Source of the DNA: Octopus bimaculoides
Lineage: Eukaryota
Direction: 5' to 3'
Length of the DNA stretch: 64,000 nucleotides
Assembly (NCBI RefSeq): GCF_001194135.2
Contig: NC_069000.1
Coordinates: forward strand, 24,190,438 to 24,254,437
Part shown: positions 37,690 through 51,024 of the stretch, in pieces
Layout of the letters: the number at the start of each line of letters is the position of its first letter
How positions within the stretch are numbered: position 1 is the stretch's first letter
Notes under the pieces: generated by a model
Database searches by the model: none
Told to the model about the DNA's origin: nothing
Seen by the model: only the letters and a program-made list of their open reading frames with translations
Program-made: the position numbers and the translations under genes

Positions 37690-37830
37690 TGGCTGTGTGG
37701 TAAGAAGCTTGTTTCCTAATCACATGGTTCCGGATTCAGTCCCACTGTATGTCACATTGGGCAAGTATCTTCTACTATAGCATCGGGCGACAAAAACCTT
37801 GTGATTGAATTTGGTAGACGGAAACTGAAA
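37690..37830 (+). mobile_element. SINE family A, 5' part
   Basis: ggctgtgtggtaagaagcttg...ggattcagtcccactg...ttgggcaagtatcttctactatag. Confidence 0.85.
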
Positions 37831-37919
37831 AGAAAGCTGTCATATATATATATTTTGTCGCCCGATGCTATAGTAGAAGATACTTGCCCAATGTGACATA
37901 CATATACATAACCCGGATG

Positions 37920-38300
37920 ATAGTCGGTGGTTCTGGATAACAACAGCGAAAGCGATGCTTTCAGACTAGTGACCGTTTTTGCCCCGTCTAGAACAGAGTG
38001 GCACTTATCTAAGTTTTTGAGAACGTTGTAAACGTTGGTATAAGAGGGGACTTACATGGGACCGTACGCTGGTATTTTGTGAAGTATCCGATCAGTTTCC
38101 AACTGTCTGTTCGGTACTGACTATACTTAACGAATGTATCAATGTGGACTTGAATAAACTGTACCCGGCAATCCAGGTCGTAAATAGATATTTGGGAGGT
38201 CGTTAGTGTAGGGTGGTCAGAATTTTGGCTGGTCTGTTATATAGACCACAAGTTTATGATCTGCATAGCCAATCTAAATGAGGTATATAGATGTATGCTT
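37920..38300 (+). mobile_element. Tx1/L1-like AP-endonuclease fragment, decayed
   Basis: FRLVTVFAP, GDLH (GDFN-like) and YIDHKFM (compare YSDHKFV in the 61-kb element). Confidence 0.5.
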
Positions 38301-38654
38301 GAAAATCTTATATCCAATGTAGAAATCAAAATAATTCTATAGTAAATCGTGTCTATCTCATAGAATCTATTTTTGGGGAGAGAAAGTTTTCAGGGAAGCT
38401 CTCTTCGAAAAGATATTGGATTACCAGTTTTTCGACATCAGGGTACTTAATTTTTCTCTCTTTTTCTCAGACCAACGCGGCCGACTGTTTTTTTCTATAA
38501 ATACAAGTTGCGTATTTACGGCACTCATACTTAAACACATGCACGCACGCACACTCACGCATGCATACCCACAAACACATGCGTCCTGCCACACATTTAC
38601 GCACCCAGTCGCCTTCGCGCACTGAAAAACTGAAGAGTGACAGTTATTACTCAC

Positions 38655-38926
38655 AGATAGATATTTGGTGAGATGCAAGCGGTAAACGTGGCCACCAATC
38701 TTTACATCGACCGACCTGGTAAAAGCTCGGTCCCGATGCTTGAATGTGCCGCGGTGTTCATTCTTCACCTCTACACCAAATGGGAATTTCACATTGTGGA
38801 TAGTTTTCGACATGACATATTTGCAATCCCCGAACAAATACAAACTGTTGGAGTCATAAGTTCGATAGTGAGGATCTCCTGATGCGAAGCAGGTGCAGCG
38901 GCCTTCTGTAGGGATCAGAACTACGG
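38655..38926 (-). CDS. Exon of same gene: N-terminal half of VWD domain
   Basis: Acceptor ttttctaaaag|cc, donor tct|gtgagt; 272 bp, phase 1 to 0. CTCFASGDPHYRTYD...FGDCKYVMSK is the VWD GDPHY.T.D signature. Confidence 0.93.
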
Positions 38927-39479
38927 CTTTTAGAAAACACAAATCTAAATACTGTTGGAAAGCATCGCTATAAACTTAGACGACTGAGTTATGTTATAAA
39001 TACTACTAGAACATGGCTGTATTGAAGCAATTTCAAATATGAAATAAATATGATTTCTAAACACAGAACTATGCAGTCATCTTTGAAACCAAAAGTACTA
39101 AAGGTATGTAGGAAATTTAGTTCTGAACATGCTTTTAAAGCATGATTCTATACATTTTAAGGAATCTTATTTGACATTTGAAGTTGTGAATGTGTTTGCA
39201 GTGATTATACACCGGTCACACAATACTCTGTGCCGTAACAAACACACCACACAGTGCTATAATTTATCGCTTCAAACTACATCATACAACAGGTAAAACG
39301 TCACTCCAAATGATGTAACGGCATATCAAAAGCAATACATCGCCCATTCATTCTATGCCACATTTTTAGCTCGATACCAACTTGCATAATAACATGTTAT
39401 TCTATATCTATAGTACGTCACATGCCATGTAAAAGACCATAAGCAGCACGTCATAACCTGCTGTAGTACATTATAATAT

Positions 39480-39690
39480 TGGTTTCAAATTTTGGCACAA
39501 GGCCAGCAGTTTCGGAGGAAGGGGAAAGTCGATTACATCGACTCCAGTCCTCAACTGGTACTTATTTTATTGACTTCGAGAGGATAAAAGGTAAGGTCGA
39601 ACTCGGCGGAGTTTGAACGCAGAAAATAAAGATGGACGAAATACCGCAAAGCATTTTCCCCGGCGTACTAACGATTCTGTTAGCTCGCCA
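39480..39690 (-). mobile_element. SINE family B
   Basis: gtcgattacatcgactccagtcctcaactggtacttattttattgac...aaaggtaaggtcgaactcggcggagtttgaac...gctcgcc. Confidence 0.85.
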
Positions 39691-39699
39691 AGTACATCA

Positions 39700-40130
39700 T
39701 AATGTGACAGAACTCATTATATCGCACCACGATACTTCACACTGTTGCTCATCACATTATGTCACAAGCAAGTACAGATAGCCTCATCACAACGCAACAA
39801 ATACAGTTCAGTACCGTACATCACATAACACTACGCAACACACCTCACCACAGAACATCGCATATCAACATATCCCGACAATGCACTACAATGCACTACA
39901 ATGCATCATATCGCATCACATCACACTAAACCATTTTACATCACACCACATCGTATCATATCACATCACATCACAGCTTGCCAGAACAAAATTCCCTTTA
40001 TCTCATCACACTACAACGCACAACCCTTCCTCATCCCGCATAACATTACACCATAATCCATCATATCACATCATATCACAACATATCACAATAGTAACTG
40101 GACTCAGTACACGATTCTACATAACTAGCG
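39700..40130. repeat. Degenerate (ACATC/ACACC)-type pentanucleotide array
   Basis: Repeated cacatca/catatca/cacaaca units. Confidence 0.6.
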
Positions 40131-40210
40131 ACTCTTACAAATAATTATTTTAGTCAATTTCCACCTAATCTCAGCCTACCAATAGGAATAAATAAATAGG
40201 AGAACCGTAT

Positions 40211-40250
<40 letters not shown>

Positions 40251-40451
40251 CGTCACATAGTTCTATTCCATCACCAGTATAACCTTCGTTACAGGTACAC
40301 ATATGTACCCCTTTTATTATTTGGCAGTGTGCATTATTGTGACATTCAGTTTCTCCACATTTCTCTGGAAGATAAAAACAAAAGATTTTAAAAGAAAAAC
40401 ATTTAAAAATAAAGCAAATGATTAAACTGTATTTTACTTGTAGAAATGTTT

Positions 40452-41331
40452 CATGTTGGGAATACCCAAAAGAAATCGGAGTTTTGCAATATTATTTTAT
40501 TCACTTAGTTTTAGATGTTTACATTTTTATCGCCTTCCAAGTATTCTCCATTTGAAGCAATGCATTGGTCCACACGCGTTTTCCACTATTCGATGTAGTG
40601 CTGGAACACTTGCGAAGTGATGCTTTTTAACGCCTCCGTCGTTTTTTCTTCACCTCTTCCACATCTACAAATTCCGTAGCATCAGCTTACGTCACCAGTG
40701 ATGACCTTCGAAAAAAGGTCCGGATCAACTTTCGACTATTCTTTCAGTTCACGACACGCATTCAGTCGTGACTGCTTTTGATCTTCCGTGAACAAGCGTG
40801 GCACAAATTTTGCTGCAACTCTTTTCATTCGCAATTCCTCGCTCAAAATTCGTTGGCAAGAGCTCCAGAACACACCAGTCATATCAACAAGTTCGTCAAT
40901 TGTTCGGTGACAGTCCTCCAAGATCAGTTTATAAATTCTCATGATGTTTTCATTCGTTCGGGAAGTCGATGGCTGTCCTGAACGAGGTTGGTCTTCAAGC
41001 GACAAGTGACCATTCCTAAAGCGCGGCAACCACTCTTAAACTGATGTTTTGCTCATGACAGTGTCCTTGTAAGCTGTTTGAAGTACGAGAATTGCTTCAA
41101 CCGTAAAAAGAATTTCACAGAAGCACGCTGTTCCTTCGTTACAGCCATCACAAAAATCAACGAAGAGGGGAGACACACTGCAAAACAAAGACGCACCACG
41201 TGACAGTACGACTGCAGTCGATGACGCTAGTCGGCGGTTTGATGTCTAAGGCATCTAGCAGCAGAAGCCTGAACTACAACGGGCTTGTCCCACAGAGAAC
41301 GTTTCCGGTTACTTTTGGGTACCCTCTCGTA
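40452..41331 (-). mobile_element. Mariner deletion derivative with both TIRs
   Basis: 5' TIR TAcgagagggtacccaaaagtaaccgg at 41331 and a decayed 3' TIR near 40452. Encodes EDQPRSGQPSTS...KRVAAKFVPRLF...KVITGD, then jumps to FVDVEEVKKK, so the second and third catalytic Asp regions are deleted. Confidence 0.9.
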
Positions 41332-43092
41332 CCTGTGATCAAAGACATGCTGACCGTGACGATTTCGTCTTTTTAGGTATAGTTTATCTCAGACTATATT
41401 TTGCAACGTTTTCTTCCTTTTTAAAAGAAGGTTAGGTATAATTTGAAGGAAATCTACAGTTATTTTTAGCAGGTCGGACGCTCACATAGCTCAGATATTC
41501 CCAAGGTTATTTTACTGTGAATTTCTTATGACATTTCCAACAAACACGGAATCAACATCTTTATTTTATGGTCAAGTTCCACCATTCTAATTTAATTAAT
41601 CATTAGATGAAATAAAAATTGATTTAAAGACATAATCTAATTAACAAAAAAAAAGAACAACAAATAATAATTGCTTATTATTTTGAAAAGGGCGAATACA
41701 ATTTTTTTTTATAAAATAAACTTTTATTGAATTATCTTAAAAGGACCTTAAAATTTCATTAAAAATTTTTTAAAATGCTCTCGTGGGATCTCATATTTAT
41801 TCACGGAACCTTGGAGTTCATCAGAATCCACTTTGTTTAATAGTGATGTAAGGCTACCACGTTGCCTCGCAAAAAAATATTTGTTGTTATTGTTGAAGAG
41901 GAAGAAAGTGTGCAGATTAGCTCTCATCCAACATATTTATGATCTAAAACGTTTCAACTGTAACCAATCTTTATTTCAAGACTCTCTTTGTTCAAATAGT
42001 GTGTCAAGTACAAGCCAGCATAGTGGTCTTACTTCAGGTATAATCAATATCTAAGAGATATTAACTAAGACCTATCGGGAATCGTATGGTGTTGTTGTTG
42101 CTTAGTCCCAAGTTCTGATTAAACAGCTCGAAAGTGTTACATTTGTGACCATCTTTGTATACTGAATCCAAGACTACATTATCCTGGATGTTAACATCTC
42201 TTGGCCTTTTTAAGTTGTCAGAATGTGATTCGAGGCAGATTTAACCGCTTTTATAGCAGGCCGAACATTGACTCAAGAGTCGCAAGTAGAAGTGAGGTGA
42301 TATGGCTGTCTGGAAATTGAACCTTCATCGCAAAATTTAAGGACGGTAGGGAAGACTTGTTATTATTCGTAAGTACATTATGGCTTCCCGTTCCAATCAA
42401 CGTGCATAGACTCTCACACATATATCTGAATCGCATTGGGCATACGAAAGAGCAGTGTTTTCTCGGACACTCCGCTCATATGAGAGTTTCGATGATGCTG
42501 TGTTATATGGTGGATCGATGACCCCTTTGCTTGATATAAATATACCTGAAGTAGAGCTACTTCTGGTTTTTCCAACGATCGGCTCGGTCTACCTAAAGAA
42601 GTAATCATGTCAAAGTTTTTATTTTAATTACTTCGTAAGAGGAACCAGAGTAGTGTCTAATAACACTTATCAGAGCCTCTGAGATTGGTGGAAGTTATCA
42701 AACCAAAGATTTAGTCAGAAGATTTGCAACAAAGTGAACACTCAAATATTGAGTGGATAAAGTATTGTACAGCAACGAACCCACTTTTCATTGCAATCAG
42801 CTATAAAACCAGTGGCGCTAAAAGAGATTGGGACGACCTGAAACCAGTAGCACTTCAGGTCTTCTTTTTTTTTTTAATACGGATTTACGTTATCATCCAC
42901 TCTTGGTGGTTCACATGCTAGTTAACCCATAGCTGGAACACTGACAGATGCTGCTCCTCCGAGTCAGAATAAACCTGGGAACAATAGTAGCTAAGAGGTG
43001 CTTCCACACTTCTCAAAGCTGTGGAACCCCCGTACCAGGACGCCACTATCGGATGCAGTTTAAAGACATACCGAAGACAATACATACATACA

Positions 43093-43125
<33 letters not shown>

Positions 43126-43717
43126 GTGTGTGTGTGTGTGTATATATGTGCGCGCACGCACACACACACACACACACATACACACGCACATATGTGTGTG
43201 TGTGCGCGTATGTTTATGTTTACAGCGCTGTAAAATATGTGGTTTATTTATAATGTGTTGCTTTACTTACGGTTACTTAGCAGTTCTACAAATGTAACCG
43301 ATAAATTATTTAGAAGACTAAAATAAGTAACGAAATTGATCTAACCGAATTAAATTTTTGAAGGCTTTATGCCAACATGCCCGCAGTCCACTGAGTGAAA
43401 CCAGTTAAAGAATATAGACATGGCTGAATCTGAATTATAACACAACTGTTAATAACTTCATTGACTTGAGCATGAGTGACTATAAAGGAAAAAAAAGTAA
43501 GCATCAGCAATGATGGCACCACCAACCAATAACTCAGGAGGGAAGCTTGCATGTGGTCACTCATCGATCTACCACAAATAGCAACCAAATCTGTCTATAA
43601 GCTCACATTGGACAATGTAGTCCCGGATGAGCTTCATCTGAATAAGTCAGTTGGGATGGTTGATTAGAGCTAAACAAAAACAAGACGTGAATTCGAAATG
43701 ATTATAATTGATCTTAC

Positions 43718-43864
43718 CTTTTACACAAGTGTGGACGCCATCTCCAACGTATCCCACTGTACACTTGCATTTGCCTTGGACACAGATTGCGTGAAAGTGA
43801 CAACGGGGACAAATTGATTTCACAAAAGATTTAGAAGCTCTGGGATTGGACTTGGTGAATTTAG
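43718..43864 (-). CDS. Exon of same gene: EGF-like domain
   Basis: Acceptor tcttctttacag|ct, donor g|gtaaga; 147 bp, phase 1 to 1. KFTKSNPRASKSFVKSICPRCHFHAICVQGKCKCTVGYVGDGVHTCVK carries the EGF C.C..GY.GDG..C motif. Confidence 0.9.
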
Positions 43865-44707
43865 CTGTAAAGAAGATTGCAAATAAGTTAATAAACAAGC
43901 AGTTTATTAAATGAATCTATTATGGTGTACATTTATGAATGTACGTCAGTGACCGTTTTACAATTAGTTGAGAAAGAAAGGTTCCTAGTTCAAGTCCAGC
44001 CTGATTCTGTGTACACATCCAGGGATAAGACAGCAGATGATGATTTCAAATAAAATATAGTATAGATGTAAATATTAGAAAAAATAGAATAAAAACAACA
44101 ACAATAAAAAAAGCAAAAGAAAACAACGAAATAAAGCAAATTAATTGCTGAAGACGAAGTTAAGAGTTCAACAAATATAACTTTATTTTATAAATGAAAT
44201 TTTGTTCGATTTTAAAGTGAAAATCTCAGTACATTGCTCTGTTGAGACAGTTCACAAGTTACAAATCCAACGTCTTCATATTTTGGCATCATTCAAGGAA
44301 GATCACGAAGCAGTAGAATTGGTGGAGGTATTGGGTGACAATATCGTTTACTACATTTATTTATATACTTTTCTAAGTTCCAATCCTACTGATGTCAACT
44401 TGCTTTTCATCCATTCTAGAATCTATAAATTCATTATCGGTCATATTTCAAGATAAACTGAGTTGGCTTTAATCCACCCCACTTTAGAAATTTGTCATTG
44501 TGTTAGTCTTAGAATTTACATTCTGGTACCAACAAACAGCAATACGTTTAAGAACAAAATCGCCGACTCCTACCCTACTAAAAAGGCATGTCTTTCAGAT
44601 ACAAGGGTTTTCATCGAAAATCATAAAATAGTTGTATAGAATATGTCTGACCATTCTTTTGATCTCCGCAGTCAAGATACTACAAGATTTTGATTTTATG
44701 AAGAATA

Positions 44708-45525
44708 TACGAGGTGGTATTAAAACGTACCTGGACTAGCTCTGTAGTGCGCCATCAGATGGCAGCACACGGTTGCGTGCTCAGTGAGAGGTGGCAGTGA
44801 CCTTCAGGAGACAGTGTGTCGAGTGACATCGTTCGCAAGTTGTGAAATATGTGTTTTTGTGATTACGTGTATGCTGTAGTCTGCGATTTTCTCGTGGACA
44901 GGAACAAAGAGCTAACGTTAAACTTTGGAAGTCTGCTACAGAGACTTTGAGCATGCTTCGGCAAGCTTACGTTGACGAGGCAATAGGTCATACGCAATGT
45001 TTCGAGTGACACGGGCGCTTCAAAATGGGAAGAACGTCCTTGGATGAACGATCTGGAAAACCTACCACAAGCGTCACCTCCGGAAATGTATTGTTCATGG
45101 AGAATTCGTCCGTTAGGGCCAGGTCGTCAATCGAGAGTTCTACCATGAGGTTTTGAAGCCTTTGAGGGAGGGCATTCGGCGAAAGCAACCAAATCTGTGG
45201 AGTGCGAAGAACTGGATTCTTCACGACGACAATGCACCCTGTCAACGAGTTCTCCCCACTTGTGAGTTTCTCGTCAAAATTAACATGGCATCGCTTTCGC
45301 ACCCGCTCTATTCGCCAGATTTAGCACCTGCGGACTTCCAACTCTTCCCCAAAATGAAAATGCAACTCAAAGATTGCCATTTTAACACTGTTGTCGAGAC
45401 CTAGAGCAAATTGCAGAAGGTCCTCGACTCGCTTACTGGAAACGACTTCCAGGCCAGATTCCAAAAGTGGCAAGAAAGCTGGGAGCAATGTATTGCTGCG
45501 CAAGGTGACTATTTCGAAGGAGATG
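44708..45525 (+). mobile_element. Mariner (D34D-type) element, internally deleted, running into a gap
   Basis: TAcgaggtggtattaaaacgtacctggac TIR; WILHDDNAP...HPLYSPDLAPADFQLFPKMK...WEQCIAAQGDYFEGD. Confidence 0.9.
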
Positions 45526-46072
45526 NNNNNNNNNNNNNNNNNNNNNNNNNNNNNNNNNNNNNNNNNNNNNNNNNNNNNNNNNNNNNNNNNNNNNNNNNNN
45601 NNNNNNNNNNNNNNNNNNNNNNNNNNNNNNNNNNNNNNNNNNNNNNNNNNNNNNNNNNNNNNNNNNNNNNNNNNNNNNNNNNNNNNNNNNNNNNNNNNNN
45701 NNNNNNNNNNNNNNNNNNNNNNNNNNNNNNNNNNNNNNNNNNNNNNNNNNNNNNNNNNNNNNNNNNNNNNNNNNNNNNNNNNNNNNNNNNNNNNNNNNNN
45801 NNNNNNNNNNNNNNNNNNNNNNNNNNNNNNNNNNNNNNNNNNNNNNNNNNNNNNNNNNNNNNNNNNNNNNNNNNNNNNNNNNNNNNNNNNNNNNNNNNTA
45901 TGTTTTATTTATATTCCTGCAGAACCAATGTGGGGTATAGAATATGGAATATACAATATATAATATAATATACAATATATAATATAAAATAAAATAAAAT
46001 AAAAATGGATGGCACCATGAAAGAAAGTATTGAATGTAGATGAAATATTGAGTGTTCAATATAAAGGATCAA

Positions 46073-46131
<59 letters not shown>

Positions 46132-46269
46132 AACCTAACATAATTTTCCATGCCAACAACTACAATAAAGTAGTAATTATCAACATAGCAATACCAAACG
46201 ACTATATTGTTGTTCACAAGGAAAACTGAAAAGTTTGCTTTGTGAAAGGAATTATACCGATATAGATGT

Positions 46270-46420
46270 TGAATTAATGCATTATAGAACGACTGGAGTG
46301 ATACACAACCATTTCTGTAAAGACATTGAAAGATTATTTATAAGGATAGATATAAGTACGTTCCAGAAAATAGCAATACTAGGATTTGTAAATATTATTA
46401 AGGCACTCTCGTGCAGCATA
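46270..46420 (+). mobile_element. R4-like LINE C-terminal fragment
   Basis: GVIHNHFCKDIERLFIRIDISTFQKIAILGFVNIIKAL resembles the QK.A.LG...I motif. Confidence 0.45.
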
Positions 46421-46559
46421 GTTTTCTGCATGCATCTCAAGATGTACTTAATTTTTGTTTTAAGAAAGGTAACTTTTGATGTATTTCTTAAGCATGTATT
46501 TCTTAAGCATTAAGAAAAAAAAAACAAAAAAAAATATGATAATTGTATACTGTTTCCTA

Positions 46560-46960
46560 TTTTAGGTATGCGGCCAGTAATTTTGAAGAGATGGAAGTAG
46601 GTGATATCAGAGATCCTCGTACTTGACTGGTACTTTATTTTATCGGTCCCGAAAGAATGAAAGGCAAAGTGAGACTCGGTAGGATTTGATCTGAAAGTCT
46701 GAAGAAATGCTACAAAAGTTTTTTCTCCGACGCTCTAACGTCAATCTATAATCCTAAAAATGTTAACAATAATTGTTTTCAATCTAAGCACAATGCCAGC
46801 AGTTTTGAGGGAATTGGATTCGTCGATACATTAGTCAGAACTTAACTGGTACTTTATTTTATAGCCCTCGAAACAATGAAAGGTAAAGTTGACCTTAGCG
46901 GGAAGTGAACGTAAAGATTCAGAAGAAATACTGTAAAGTATTTTGTCCATTACCAATCCA
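46560..46960 (-). mobile_element. Two tandem degenerate SINE family B copies
   Basis: Two repeats of actggtactttattttat...gaaag/caatgaaagg(c/t)aaagt... Confidence 0.75.
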
Positions 46961-48617
46961 GTGGCTTATTATAATAAAAATATGGATAAATAAAAAATAA
47001 TAAAAATGGAAAATGTTTCTTTCTCTGCTACTTTATCTTTCAGGATCTCGTCATAATCCGTCATGTATACTCAGACAAGATATATCTGCATAGAGAATAA
47101 CTACACTGAATTAACCATAAACAATGGCATTAGCATTTGGCCCCACTCAAAAAATTAAACCTACGGCTTGTTCAGTTTATTGATGCGAAGGAAATGCGGC
47201 AACAGAGACTGTACAGCAGTAAACGAAATAGTCTCAATGTATTTTGGTTTGGCTGACTACATTCTGAGTTGATTTCTGAAATTCACTTAGTGAATAAATA
47301 TCAGTTATGAACAGTGATCGCTTTGTTCGAACATAGTCCTTGCCTGCGAATATTATGATATATCCTTGTACTAATATTTCAAGAATCAGTCATCAGAATC
47401 TATTTCTTTCAACACCGGCTGGTGAAGTGAGCAGTCGCAGAAACATCTAGTTGTCCTGGAAAGCTAACCATAAGCTTAATATACATATATTTTCCTGATA
47501 CGAGTATATTCAAGATTCATTTTTTTTTGTTTATTTATTTCACTTATATATTTTCCATAGTTCCAATTAAGTTCATATTGGTTGTAGAGCATTCTCAGTA
47601 AAGAAATGTCTTGCTTCCCAAATGATTTAAGATGTGTTTTGTGAGAAAGCTTATCTCTCGCTTTCTCTCCCTCTTCGTTTCCCCCTCCCCTTCTCCCTCT
47701 CTCTGTATGTATGTGTATAATACAATATCCATATCATATGTGTGTGTATATGAGTGTGCTATATTTAGTCAAACAATTCGAGCCCAAATGAAAGAGAAGG
47801 ATGCAATGGAGGGAAGAATGAAATCGTATTGTGTTGGGATATCTGACTGTCAAGTCGATAATGAGATGTTATATCAAAGTTGTGAGTCCAACAAAATGCA
47901 TTTTGTTTCGTTCGAAGAATATGACGAGGACCACAGATACAACGCAAGAACTATATAATCCGTATTTATCAGACATAAATGAACAAACATATACTTAATT
48001 TGGTTTGATCAGCCGTACGGTCGGCAGTACAAGTCAGTGGAACGTATACGGTTGATCGAGTGAACGAAACTACGTCTCTGTTAATAGGATTGTCTTTTTC
48101 TCACTGCATAAAGTACATATTTTCAATGCTCACTATATTTGATATTAACTTAACTATTGTTCTTTGATGTTGTGGCGTCTCTAATTAATGATCTTTTAAT
48201 TAGGTCATTGTTAATATACCTAATGCATAGAGCAAACTAAGAATAGATATGTAGCGAGAAATAAAAAATAAGAACGATATTAGTCATTGAATAATATTAT
48301 TTTTTAATTTTCTGATCAACTACAAAAACCAACTCTGGATATGTTTGATATTATTCTGATCTCATCAGCGAACCATAGCCCCTCCGAAACAAGTCTAGAT
48401 TTGTCTCCCGTACTTTCGGAAGATTAAAAAGAAACCAACATTTAATCATCGACTAATGTCGTATTTTATTCTCGCCGCATATTTATTTTAATTAGCTTTT
48501 GAAACACTTTTTGTATTAAATATATTATATTACGTTCATCAAGCGAATGATGTCATTGAATTGTGTAATATCTAAAACGAGGATCTAGTAACTGTGAAAA
48601 CAACATTTTGGACTTAC

Positions 48618-48819
48618 TGACTCTCTGTTCGAGCATACATTTTTCAGATCCGTTGCCTTTGTAGTTCTTCAAACATTGGCACAAAGGCTGTCCGTCGACT
48701 ACGACGCACTCGGCATGTTCTGCACACTTCATTTTGGAGACTTCAATTTCCGGATGACCGTTTTTCTTCTTGCAGAGAAGGATCGAACTACAATCTTTAG
48801 TCGTAAGGCTTTCACCTAG
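48618..48819 (-). CDS. Exon of same gene: TILa/VWC-like segment plus EGF-like domain (not in supplied ORF track)
   Basis: Hand translation LGESLTTKDCSSILLCKKKNGHPEIEVSKMKCAEHAECVVVDGQPLCQCLKNYKGNGSEKCMLEQRV. Acceptor ttcttatctgccatttcatag, donor a|gtaagt; 202 bp, phase 0 to 1, matching the phase-1 start of the next exon. Confidence 0.85.
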
Positions 48820-49297
48820 CTATGAAATGGCAGATAAGAAATAAGAGAAAAAAAGAAAAACACTAGATTAAACAGTGAAATAATTGGTTTTGTAAGAAGA
48901 CAAAGGTTAGCATCTATGGCTTTTTTGTAGGACCTCAGAGACTGGTGGGAGGAAGTGGGGCAAAAGACCAGCTTCCTCAGACTGGATATCTAGTACAAAT
49001 GCTTGCAAATACAACACAGATTCTGCCAAAGGCACCCATTGAGGCACAAAGTGAAAGTGTTTCAAGCAGGTAGCAGATTAGGTCTACCTCCCTCAACAAG
49101 GCTTCCATATAGTTTCCAGTTGCCAAATTTCACAAACAAGGCATTGATTTTGGTCGGCCTGAGGCTTTGATAAAATGCACTTGCTCAAAGTGCCGCATGC
49201 AGGCATTGAAATCCAGTTCTAGTCTCTGAGGTTCTATAAAATGTCAGCATAAACAGATTTATAGGCGTAAATTCTGTATAAATATAAATTTATAGGC

Positions 49298-49445
49298 ACA
49301 GGCGTGGCTGTGTGGCAAAAAACTTGCTTCCCAACCACATGGTTCCTACTGCGTGGCACATTGGGCAAGTGTCTTTTACTATAGCCTCGGGCCGACCAAA
49401 GCCTTGTGAGCTGATTTGGCAGACGGAAAACTGAAAGAAGCCCGT

Positions 49446-49514
<69 letters not shown>

Positions 49515-49720
49515 CTGTGTCCCCCGCCACTGCTTGACAACCGGTGTTGGCGTGTTTATGTCCGCAATTTAGCGGTTCGGAAAAAAGGCCGATAGAATAA
49601 GTACCAGAATTAACAAAATTAAGTACTGGGGTCGATTCATTCGACTAAAAATTGTCCAAGGCAGTGCCCTAGCATGGCTGCAGTCGAATGACTGAAACCA
49701 TAAAAAGATAAAAGATAAAA
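49298..49720 (+). mobile_element. SINE family A with internal (TG)n
   Basis: ggcgtggctgtgtggc...tgcgtggcacattgggcaagtgtc...aaggcagtgccctagcatggctgcagtc...aaaagataaaagataa. Confidence 0.9.
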
Positions 49721-49899
49721 ATATAAGCTAGCTGCTATAAAAGGGGCAGCATAGAAGCCAAAACCACTTCACACCTTAGTGATGGGGCTGCGAAAGCTTA
49801 GAAATGTTGATAAAAATGAATTTGGTAACGATAAAAAAAGGTAGTTAGAAATAATTATGTAGTTAAGAAAAGACTATGTACACACACACACACACGTAT

Positions 49900-50662
49900 G
49901 CATTATCCGTTCGTCCGTCGTTATCGACGATAACCAAGGACATCACATAGGAGAAGAAGACGAGACACAGTGTGTCCGGCTGTGACCGAAGATCAGTTCG
50001 ATGCATGCAGGTCGGGCACTGGTGGTCTGCTAGGACTGCAGGCGAGAGGTTGGCTCTGGACTTGCTCAGTTTACGTTTTCTTTGTGTCTCTGGAATCTTG
50101 TTTTGTTCGTTGGAGGTGGCATCTCTGTTGGTGCAGCTTCACCAGGCGGGGTGGTCTTGTGCTTGCGTTTCTCAGGTGTCGGAATTAATCTTAACGTTGT
50201 CCAGTGAGGCTTTGAGTGTATCCTTGAAGCGCTGTTTCTGTCCACATTGTGTGCACTTGCTCTCGCCATTCCCTGTAAAGCAGTCTTTTGAAGGGTCATG
50301 TGTTAGGCATTCAAACTAAGTGGCCTATTCACCCGACTTGCTCCCTCCTCAACAGTGTGCAGATGCTTGGCAGATCAGCTCCAGAGAAATCCTTCGTGTC
50401 TGGGATCTTGTCTTGCAAGGTGATTTTCAACGGCTTTATCGGTCAGTTCGTAAACCGTCCAAATCTCGCAAGCGTATAGTAGCGTAGGTATTAGAACTGC
50501 TTGGTACACTTTCAACTTGTGGTCAGTCATATGCCTCTCCTCTCCCACACTGATTCACGTAGCCACCCGAATGCTGAGCTCCACTTGGTGATGCGTGTGT
50601 CGACTTCATCGTCAATGTTCACAGATCTGGAGAGTGTGTTGCTGAGATACATGAACTTATCG
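49900..50662 (-). mobile_element. RTE (BovB-like) LINE 3' portion
   Basis: YLSNTLSRSVNIDDEVDTRITKWSSAFGWLRESVWERRGI is a BovB-type RT C-terminus. It is followed by a decayed C-terminal zinc finger (CPTC) and a gtcgat..cgacggacgaac-like 3' UTR. Confidence 0.9.
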
Positions 50663-50698
50663 TATACATACATACATACATACATACATACATACATA

Positions 50699-50754
<56 letters not shown>

Positions 50755-50961
50755 CNNNNNNNNNNNNNNNNNNNNNNNNNNNNNNNNNNNNNNNNNNNNN
50801 NNNNNNNNNNNNNNNNNNNNNNNNNNNNNNNNNNNNNNNNNNNNNNNNNNNNNNNNNNNNNNNNNNNNNNNNNNNNNNNNNNNNNNNNNNNNNNNNNNNN
50901 NNNNNNNNNNNNNNNNNNNNNNNNNNNNNNNNNNNNNNNNNNNNNNNNNNNNNNNNNNNNN

Positions 50962-51024
<63 letters not shown>

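Noticed and set aside
48340-48400. Hammerhead-like words (ctgatgag on minus, gaaacaagtc on plus)
   Set aside because: The two core halves are on opposite strands and no stems close them.
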